Shown here: positions 54,114 to 64,000 of the stretch, in pieces
Numbering within the stretch: position 1 is the first letter of the stretch
How the letters are laid out: every line of letters starts with the position of its first letter
Assembly: GCA_016748015.1 (NCBI GenBank)
Contig: JAAOMT010000480.1
Location: 186,001-250,000, forward strand
Direction: 5' to 3'
Length of the DNA stretch: 64,000 bases
Source: Geosiphon pyriformis uo1
Taxonomy: Eukaryota; Fungi; Glomeromycota
The notes under the pieces: model-generated
Databases searched by the model: none
What the model was told of the DNA's origin: nothing
Seen by the model: the letters and a program-made list of their open reading frames with translations, nothing else
Position numbers and translations under genes: made by a program

Positions 54114-57100
54114 TTAATCTTGTCTCATTCTTGAGAGACTATTAACATTAGTGTGTAATTTTCTTGGTTTGTAGTGTACAATATATTTGTAATCTGCTAG
54201 GAAATCATTCCATCAAGACTGTTTGGCACTTTGTTCAGTTTTCTTCTTATTGAGCCATTTGAGACCAATATTGTCAGTTATGATGTCAAATTCTTTTCTA
54301 TTCTTCAGATATTGTTAAAAATATTTAAAAGCCCAAATAACTGCAGTGGTTTCCAATTCAATTGAGCCATATTTGAGTTTTGTTGGTTTGAGTGTTTTAC
54401 TGGCATAGGCAATAACTTGTTCCTGGCCATTTTTATCCAATTGTAATAGAATGGCACCAAATGCTATGTGTGAAGCATCAGTGACTAGTTGGAACTGTTT
54501 GTTGAAGTCTGGGTAAGCAAAAACTGGGGCTGTTGTCAATTTTGTTTTAAGAGTTTTAAAAGCTTTTTGTTGTTTTTCCATCCATTTGTATGGCACATTT
54601 TTGTTGGTAAGATAATTAAGTAGTTTGGCAATTTCTGAGAATCCTTTGATGAATTTCTGATAATAGGAGACTAATTCTACAAATTCTCATAGCTCTGTAG
54701 TATTTTTGGTAGTTTGAAAGTTTTTGACAGCACTGATTATTCCAAGATTTGGTTTGACTCTATCTTTGCTAACAATGTGTCCAAGAAAAATTAAACTTGT
54801 TTTTTCAAAGTGACATTTCTTAATGTTCAACTTTAATCTTGCTTTCCATAATCATTAAAAAACTTTTTGCAGGTGGATAAGATAGGCTTCAAAGCTTAGT
54901 AAGTATACATTAGTGTTATCAAGATAGACAACTACTGATTGCCACAAAAGTTTTTCATATACAACATCCATAAGTTGTTGAAATGTTGTTGGTGCATTGC
55001 AGAGTTCAAAAGGCATAACATTGAACTCATAGTTCCCTCCTTGAATAGTGAATGCTGTTTTGGGTCGATCTTTTGGGTCCATTTCGACTTGCTAGTATCT
55101 ACTTTCCAAGTCTAAAATTGAGAAGAACTTGGCTTTTCCTAAGGCATTCAGCATATTATCAATTCTTGGAAGAGGGTAGATATCTCCAATTGTTATGCTG
55201 TTGAGCTGACAATAATCTACACAGAATCTGATTTTTCCATTTTTCTTTTTAACAAGAACTACTGGTAAGATTCAGAGACTTCTTGATGATTGAATTAATC
55301 TGTTATTGAGCATTCTTTGGACCTCTTCTTTGATAAATTGGTGGTTAGCAGATGGAACTTAATAGGTTTGTTGTCATTTTGGTAAAGCATTTCTTATATG
55401 AATTTAGTGTTAAACAATATCAGTTTTTCCAAGATTATTGTTGTTTTTTGCAAATATATCTGCAAATTTAGCTATCAGTTGTTTCAATTGTCTTTGTTGT
55501 TAGAGTTCTAAGAAACCTATGTTAATTCAAGAGAGTTTTTTTTTCATTAGGTAATAGTTTTCAGTAGTAGATGTGATGTTTAAATTTGAAAGTAGAGTAT
55601 GTTTTATAATTTTGATGAAATTAGAGACAATTTGAGAGTTTTCATCTTAGAAGATATTGCTGTATATGATTTCAATGTCTAATTTATTTAATAAGACAAT
55701 AGGGTAATTATTGGGGTTGTAGAATATAACTCAAAATTTTTTTTGTTTTTTTGGGAATATAAATGTTTGGAATTGAGATTTCATGCTTTAAACAAATTTG
55801 TTCATTGGATTCAAAGATTTGTTGGATAGTGGTGGGTTTTGAGCAAGTATAAATTTCGTGATGTTCACCAAAAGATGAAATGATGATTGGTTGGAGAAGT
55901 TGAAGAATTTGGTGAGATTCATTTTGTGCATTAAAAGCTATGTTTACTGGTACTGTAAATTGTCCAGTTGAACCAAAATTTTGAGTTTTTCTTTCACTTT
56001 TTCCCAATTGTTCTCTGTTCTTAACTGATTGTAAATCTGAAATGTTGATTAAGAGTAGGTAAATTGCTTGGGCAATTTTTTAAGCATGTTCAATTCTGAA
56101 TGGTTTGTTTGTTTTATTCTGCAATATGATAGTAATGTCTCCAGTATATCCTGCATCTATAACTCCTCCTCTAATGTTGATTCCTTTGCTTGCCAATGAT
56201 AATCTGGATGCAATTTGAACTATTGCTTTAGGTGAAATTTCAAGAGCAATTTTGAGATTGATTTTTGTTAAGAACTTTGATTAGAAAACCAAAGTGTTTT
56301 TTTCTGAGTATCTTAGATTATATCCAGCATCTATCTCAAGTGTTTTTTTTGGTCTGATTCCTTGGCCATGGTTGTCGAAATATTTAAGTTGTAGGAGTGG
56401 TTGATTTTTAAGAAGATAAATAAAGATGGTTGGTAGTTTTTCTATTAGTTCAAATACTCTAAATTCAATTTTATTTTTGTTATTTTCGTCATTTTCATCT
56501 GACAGAAGAATGCTAAAAGCATAGTATTTTAAACACCATTGGTCATCACAAGGCATAATACATTCTTCACATAATTAAATGTTTATTTGTTCTAATCATT
56601 GAATTTGAGCTTCTTTGGTTGGGTATGTATAACTTGCAATTTGGTAGTAGATTTCTACTTCATTTTTATAATCAAATTCAGCTAATTCTATGGTATACTC
56701 AATATATTTAGCTTCTTTTATTTGGCAGACATCTTCTTGGATGGCTCCATTAATTAATACCATTGCTAAGTCAAAAATTATTTCAGCATCATAAGGGTAG
56801 TGATAAAGTTTGTTAAAAGCACTGTTGTATGCTGCATCAAATGGTGTTCTTCTTCTGACTTTTTCCAAAATTGATAGAGCATATTAACAGGTTTGATCAC
56901 ATACTTCTCCTCTCATTGCAACATCAATCCAGTTACATTCTTCTGGTAGCATATTCCCATATGTGAAGCAAAGTGTGTTGTCCCATTTTCCACTTCTTTT
57001 TGGGAATTCAAATCATTTTCTATGGTATGGTTTGTAGAAGTAGCAGGTGCGAGTTTCATATTCTTTTTTTGGGGAAATACAAGCTCTCATAGATAAAAAC

Positions 57101-59780
57101 TTCTTCTTGCAATCTTTGCATTTTAGTGGAATGTATGATGATTCTTTTTGTGATTTTGGTGTGGAATATTTAACTTTTTTTCATCCTCTTGATTCTTCAA
57201 AAATCTTTTGTTTTGTTTCTTTAGCCCAACTGGATGTTAATCCAAGAGCCATGTAGGTTTCAGTAAGTGGCATTTTTTTTTCTTCCTCAAATTCGAATAC
57301 TGGGGCCTTTTTTGACTGTTTGTTGAAAGTACCACAGATTGCAGGTACTATAGTATATTGTCCTTGATATGAGATTTTGAGTTCCTGAGTTTCCCAGTCT
57401 AAGTTTGTATTGGCCTTGAAAAGCCAATCATTTCCAACAAGAGCTTAGTATTGGGATGCATCCATGACTAGAACTTTGACTGAAATGGTGATTCCATCAA
57501 TGGTAAATGAGAAATTATCAATTTCTTCTACTGGTGTCTTTTTCATACTATCTGCTGTAACAATTACAGTTTGGGCTGGTCTGTTAACATTTCGATTAAG
57601 TTGTTGTATTAATTGGTATGTAATAATACTTTCAGCAGATCTATTGTCTAGTATTAATCAAATGGGTTTTCCTTTTACTATAGCTTCAGTATACATGGCA
57701 GTAATAGTTTTTTGTTTATTAGCTGCTGCATTACTAAGCAAGAATGGTGATTCATTTACTTCAAATTCGAATGGGAATATATCTGAGAGGTTGGCATTTT
57801 GGGCAATTTAAGCTGATGAAATGATATTGTTGGAAGGGTTTGATTTTGGTGCTGTAGTTTCACCTTCAGAAAGTGCAGTTTGTTGAAAATCTGATTTTTC
57901 TTGTATTATTAAATAACTGGATTGAGTGTAAAACTGAATGAATTTTTGTTAAACAGAATTTCGAGGAACTAGTTAATTATTGTGGTTAAATTTGTTGTTG
58001 TTTATTAAAAAACGGTTTTGTGGTGTAAATTGGTTTTGTTGAACCAATCTTCTGACTGGTACTTAATATTGTTGAATAGGTGGTGTCTGATATTGCTGAA
58101 TTGGTAAAGATTGCTGATATTGTTGCTGCATTGGTTGTGGAGCTGGTTGATAGTAACTGTTTTGATTTTGTGGTCTTGGTGGATAATAAATTGGTAGTGG
58201 AGGTTGGTAATAAGATTGTTGTGATGAAGAATAACGTTGATTATTTCTGTTTTGTTGGTCTTTTTGCAATTTCTTGCAATCTCATTTCTAGTGTCCTTGA
58301 ATTCCACAATAATAACAATTTTGAGATTGGTTGTTGGATAATAATCCAAAATTGTTTTGGTTGCATCACTGTGGGGGTTTATATCTTTGTAATTGTTGCT
58401 GTTGTTGTTAATAGTTTGTAAAATAGTTTTCAATCTTTTTTGTGAGTTGGTCTATCTTCTCTTCAGCTGCTAAGCTGGTTTCTCCAATAGCTAGGTTGAC
58501 AAGTTTGGTGTGGTTTGCTTTTTCCATTGCCATTTCATAGTTCTTTGCATGTTTAATGGCAGTTGCTAAGTCTTCTGGAGCATGTAAACAAACTTTCTTA
58601 ATGAGTTTGTCATTTAATCCTGCTATGAACTGATCCAAAATCTGGGTATTGGAATAGTATTCATTGGTTTTCAATTGTTGAATTTGTCGAAAAAGTTTAT
58701 TGAATCTTCCAAGATAAGTCATAACAGTTTTAGATGTTTCTTGTTTGATATTGCAAAAGCAATTGCGGAGAGTAATAGAGGTGTTGTTGTCAGTGAATTG
58801 TTGTAAAAAAGCATCTTTGAATGCTTGCCAGTTTTCAAATGATTCTTCCAAGTTTTCAAATCATTCTCCTGCAGTTTTTTGAAGAAAGTATGGGATTGCT
58901 TTAAGTATTTTTGCTGCATTCCAACCATTTACATCTCCTGCTTTTTGAATTTTGTCAAGCCATTTTTAAGGACTGGTATCATTGTTTTTACCAGTGAATT
59001 CTGGAATCTTTGCAATATAAGCAGTTGTTATTTCTTTTTCGTTTTCTGTAGTTCCTTTTTGTTCTGATTTAGTTTCTTTACTTTCCAAGTTTTCTGAATA
59101 ATTACTTTCGTTTTCCTGTAAGTAATCAATAATATTAGTGCTTGTTGATATGGGCTCCTGCTGTTGAGTAGAATTTCTAGGTAATTGATAATTTTCTGGT
59201 CTGGAAAAATGGTTAAGTGGTAAATTTGGTGTTTGTGATCGAGCAAGTCAAATTGGAAATAGTGTAATAGAAAGTGGTAATTTAACACTGGTTCCTTGTT
59301 CAGATGTTTGCAAGTGTTTGGCAGTTGTTTTTGGTAGTATTGGAGTGTTTAAAGTGATTTTTGAGTGTTGTTTCACTTTTTGTTTGTCTTTGTTGTTTGT
59401 TTTTATTTATGATTCAAAGTCAAAAAAGTATTTGGACTAGACTGGATATTTTTCTTCACAATACTCAATAATGTTAAAATTAAGTTCTTGGAAGTAGATA
59501 GCAAGTGTTTTACTGTTCAGGTTTTTTGTTTCCAATTGTGAATAGTGTACTAAATTATTGTAGAGGTTGTTTTTGACTTCTAAAATGTTGTAGTTTCCAA
59601 AAAGATAGTTGTTAATGCAATTTTTAAAGTATTGGTATACTGATTTCTTGACAACTTCAATTCTGTCTGGGATGTTAAATTTTTGCTTGCAGTGGGTGTA
59701 AATTGACTGATAATACTCTAGAGTTGTTGTGTTTGGTGTGGTCACCACTTTGAAGTTATTTTTGCTGTGTTGTTTCTGTG
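54114..59780 (-). pseudogene. Gag-PR-Cys-rich-dUTPase-RT-RNase H polyprotein of element F
   Basis: gag 57800-59780 (CYYCGIQGH knuckle), protease LILDNRSAESII (~57650), Cys-rich 56510-57130, dUTPase 55965-56350 (DAGYNL, ASRLSL, GGVIDAGYTG, KIAQ, NFGSTG), RT 54600-55450, RNase H 54114-54600. gag and protease read in the same frame. Confidence 0.9.
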
Positions 59781-59791
59781 GGAGAGCACCA
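59776..59791 (-). promoter_or_regulatory. Primer-binding site of element F (TGGTGCTCTCCCACAG)
   Basis: TGG 2 nt downstream of the 5' LTR, complementary to a tRNA CCA end. Confidence 0.8.
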
Positions 59792-59793
59792 AA

Positions 59794-60764
59794 TGTTACT
59801 GGAGGTTTTTGGTCTTTTTTTTTGAATGTTGTCACTGTTTGTCTGTTGTTGATTTCACGTTTTCTGAAAGCAGTTGAACCTCCAATAACTGAATTTATCT
59901 TCAAATTATCTCCTATAATTTGAACTGCTGGGCTTACGAGTAGAATGGCCAATTCCGTGCCAGTTACTTTGTGTAGTTATATTGTAGTAAATGTCAACTC
60001 TTTCCCAGAAATTGCTTGTCTGGAAGCTCACTAAAATGTGTAGTTACTTTGCTGTAAAAGTCAACTCTTCTACAGGAATCTCATCTGTAGGCTACCCTAA
60101 TAATTGTAATAAAAAAATAAAAGAAAATAAAAGAAATACAAAAAAAATAAGATTTTATCAAGAGAAACATTTTCTATCCAGGCCTGAAGTTACTAACAGA
60201 TTATTAAAATTGGTGGCTAATCAATTTCAAAACGTTAGTTGTGTTGAAGGAATTTCAAGTGTAATAATTTAAGGATTTGGTTTTCGAATATTTAATTTTT
60301 TATTTGAATGTGTAAAAGATAATTTGTTTCAATTAAGATATTTAAAGTAGGATGTTATAGTAAGATACTATGAGAAGATACATTTTCTTAAAGAAAGAAG
60401 CTCTTCTTTTATACAACTTGTTGTAATACTAGTCTTTGAACTTGCACTTTTCTTTTTGCTACAATTTGGGTGAACTAAAAATACATTTTGACAAACTACA
60501 AGTTATTTTACTGAACTATTGATTATTTCGGCCAATTTTCATTAATTTCGGCGAATTTTGACTATGTTAAATAGTTCAGGATATTGTGTAATTTGATCAT
60601 CTTAATTTCTAGAGTACAAATCAGATTATTGATTGAGTAAGGATATTTGATAATTTGATTAAATAATAAGTGATAATCGAAATAATAATAATGTATGCTA
60701 ATTAATAATAGGAATTATGAGGGTAATTTTATGCTAATTAATAGCTAAAATTCTACTGGTAACA
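59794..60764 (-). repeat. 5' LTR of element F
   Basis: TGTTAC...GTAACA termini; direct repeat of 50858-51828. Confidence 0.96.
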
Positions 60765-63700
60765 CCAGTTTGAAACTAAATTTAAAACTCCTATCCTGAT
60801 ATCCAAATGGCACATGGAATTAGAAAGAAGAACTCAAGATTCTGGTGAAGTTGTAACTGAGTATGCCAAAGCAATCAGAAAATTAATCAAGTGAATAGAC
60901 TCTAAAAAGAACTGGACAGAAAAGCAAAAGATTCATTTCTTTACAAAAAGATTGAGAACTGATCTTTCCTATGCTCTTTGGCTCCTTCTGGTACTAAAAA
61001 ACAATTCCACAATAGATATGACCATTGAACTTGTCCAGAGAATAGAAAACAATCAAAGAATGCACCTAAGATCTATACTTCTAGTTTTTGCTTTTGCTCC
61101 TGTTATGGCTTCTGCTTCCCAAATGACTGCTATCTTTTTTGCTGTCCAAACTCAAAACCCAAATAAACAGTTAATAGATAGACTTACAGCTAATTTTGCT
61201 CAGTTACTAGAACCCTTAGCACAAGCAGTTAGAAAGAATCAACAACTCCAAAAATCCAGATTTAAACTCTGTTTTAATCAACTTTAGCAACTTCCTTATC
61301 AAAGGCAACAAAATCATGGCCCATTTGTGTATTATTACTGTGGATTAACTAAACATTTCTCCAGAGATTGCAACAATCCTCCTCTGTCTTTTCAAGCTCC
61401 CAGAAACAATAACAATCAAAACAACAGAATCATCAACAACAATGTTTTTAACCAAAGACCCAATTATGTTAACATCAATTTCTTTGGAAAAAATCTCCTA
61501 GTTGAAGCCACTGTTTATCAGTCTTTAAACTAATAAGCATACCTCCAAAGAGTGAAAATGCAAGCCAATCAGAAAACAACCCCTTTTATGTTTTTAACCT
61601 AACTGATAATAACCATGATATAGATGAACTAACAATCAACTCCTCTGACTCAACAAAAAAAGAAAGAAAGCCAAGATTAATTTTATTTTAGATCTCAACA
61701 AAACCTTAACTTCCACTACTAATAACAATGAGCCACCAAAAGCTAAAGTTTTTAAGAATTCTCCAAAGTTGGAATCTCCAGAAATTGTACAAAAATCTGA
61801 ACCCTATTCTGTTGTAAAAGATCTTATGGAAACTCCAGCACATATCACTTTTGGCCAGTTAATAATCCATCCACAATTCAGAAAAGATTTTTACAAATCA
61901 TTAATACCAAAAAAAAAACACCAAAGACCAACAAACACTCTTGTCAAGCTGGACATGCTGACAACAGCAATGTTAGACTTTTAATTTATAAAGCCTAAGT
62001 GGCTGGTTATTTCATTGATCTAATCCTAAATAGTAGATCATCTGTTAGTGTAATTGCCAAACATTTTTTTGAAACAATTGGCAGAAAAATTGATAAGTTT
62101 TCTATTCAACCAATGACTAATGTACATGGTGACAAGAAAAAAGGCCTGGGCATAGTCAAAGCTATTCCTGTTTACATCAATAGTATCAGCATTAAAATTA
62201 ACATGAAAGTATCTGAAGCAAAAGAGTACATCATAATTGTTGACAATGAGTGGCTCAAGAAAGCCAAAGTGCTACTTGATTATAAAATTTGTGAGCTAAT
62301 CATCAGATATAGTGAGAAGTCCATAGTGGTTAAGTATTATTATTGGACAACTCTTCCAGTACCCAAGCAAAACCAAAAAGAAGAACAATTAGATGAATTA
62401 AATAATGATGAGAGTGATGAAAAAAAAATCAAAAAAAAACAAGAAGAAACTATTGAACTCATCTATATTATTTTTACTAGCAATGACAAGTCACTGGACA
62501 ATGTTAAAGTTGACAAAAAAGAAATTATGATAAATGACAAGCTGATTTGCTGGCCCTATTATAATATTCTTAGAAGAATCTTTGATAGAAAACCTAGCAA
62601 GAAAACAAAATACAGTTATTGGTAGCATGGTTTTTGTGCCAGGTGTTAGTGTGATAAACCTTTGTATTCTCCTAGTAATGAATACAAGTCCTGTCTAATC
62701 TATTACAAAGATTGAGAGCCAATTAGTTTGATACTCAGAAAAGAATTAAAAAAAGTACAGAAGTTCTTTAAGAATGAACCACCTAAAATCCAATTATTAG
62801 TTACAGAACAAAGAGAACTTTCCCCTAAAAAAAGAAAAATGGATATTGAAAATCTGTTGGCTAGAAATAGCCTAGTTATTTCAAAAAAAAGTAATACTTT
62901 TGGACAAACTCATATGATACAACACACTATTATCACAAAAAAAACTCATTCCATCTATTTGAAACTTTATCAATTCAATTGACACAATGATGAATTTATT
63001 AAGAAAAAGATACACCAGATAAAAGATCTTGAATTCATACAAGAAATCAAAAGTGAATGGGCTTTCCTAGTTGTAATGATATTTAAGAAAGGTGGAACTC
63101 TATACTTCTGTGTTAACTGCTGCCAATTAAATGTCATTACTATAAAAGACATATACCCACTTTTCAAAATTGATGTAATGCTAGATAAATTCAATGGTGC
63201 TGCTTTTTTCTTAACTATTGACTTAACTGCTAGATTTTGGCAAGTAGAGATGGATCCAAAAAGCAGAAAGAAAACTGCTTTTATTACCAAGTATAGCACC
63301 TATGAATTTACAGTTATGCCTTTTGGTCTTATCAATATCTCTTTCACCTTTCAATGCCTAATAGACAAAGTATTTAAATCAGTAAAAGAAAACTTTGTTT
63401 TGGTTTATTTAGATAACATAATGATCTACTCAAAAATCTGGGATAAATACCTTGAATATTTGCAGAAGATTTTTGACTTGCTCAGAAATGCTGGCCTTAA
63501 AATCAACCTAATCAAATTTTTCTTTGAATACCAATCTACCCAGTTCTTTGGTCATCTTATTACAAAAGATAAAATCTTCTCTAACTCAGCTAAAGTTAAA
63601 AAAGTTCAAAACATTAGACAACCAATGAATGTTTTTGAACTATGCTCTTTCCTTGGTTTGGTTTCTTATTATTGCAAATTTATCAAGGATTTCTCCAAAA

Positions 63701-64000
63701 TTGCCTTTTTTCTCAATCAGCTATTTAAAAAAAATGTCAATTATTATTGGGACACTTATTAACAAAAAACTTTTGAAATTCTGAAGAAAAAACTTGTTAC
63801 TGAACTAATTTTCAAGCAACCTGATTTGGACCAACTTTTCATCCTTCACACTGATGCATTTGGCTATGAACTTGGTGCTGTTCTTTTACAAAAAGATGAA
63901 AATGGCAGAAAACATGTTATAGTATATGCCAGTAGATCTTTCACACCAGTAGAAAAAAACTATTTAGTTACTAAACAAGAATGTTTAGCAGTAGTTTGGA

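Larger units (their letters stand above)
50858..60764 (-). mobile_element. Complete Gypsy element F (9907 bp) nested in gag of element E
   Basis: Two 971-bp LTRs, 4-bp TSD CCAG (50854-50857, 60765-60768), PBS, PPT and all domains present. Confidence 0.96.
49305..64000 (+). mobile_element. Gypsy element E, a different family (5' LTR ~49305-49699; gag split by element F; protease, RT, RNase H; runs off the window)
   Basis: gag 50072-50857 + 60769-61530 with CYYCGLTKHFSRDC knuckle. Protease DLILNSRSSVSVI (~62015), RT 63000-63760 (VMPFGL, YLDN), RNase H LHTDAFGYELGAVL...YASRS. No dUTPase seen. Confidence 0.88.

Noticed and set aside
59437-59952. ORF starting in the 5' LTR and reading through the PBS into gag (also 50768-51016)
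   Set aside because: It starts at TTG with an in-frame stop shortly upstream and no ATG. The LTR part is most simply a chance open frame, although the downstream part belongs to the gag extension.

Overview
AT-rich eukaryotic DNA, most likely from an early-diverging fungus. The actin sequence and repeat families resemble Glomeromycotina/Mucoromycota; this is inference, not a database result. Only one intact host gene is visible: a 375-aa actin with 9 coding exons (11390-13339, +). It sits in a ~3.5 kb CpG-retaining island. Most of the rest is nested, decayed retroelements. There are at least six Ty3/Gypsy LTR elements or remnants, one of them complete (50858-60764, two 971-bp LTRs, CCAG target-site duplication), and five copies of an APE/RT/RNase H LINE family. 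The main novelty candidate is the dominant Gypsy family, which appears tri-cistronic. A Gag-protease-Cys-rich domain-dUTPase-RT-RNase H polyprotein stops right after RNase H in four copies. Integrase then follows as a separate ORF after a 19-56 nt C/A-rich spacer that does not preserve frame. A third, non-env ORF of unknown function lies before the polypurine tract. The repeats also show almost purely C>T/G>A decay in all dinucleotide contexts (about 44 of 45 LTR-LTR differences by eye), which spares the actin island. All translations, alignments and counts were done by eye, and boundaries inside heavily decayed elements are approximate.
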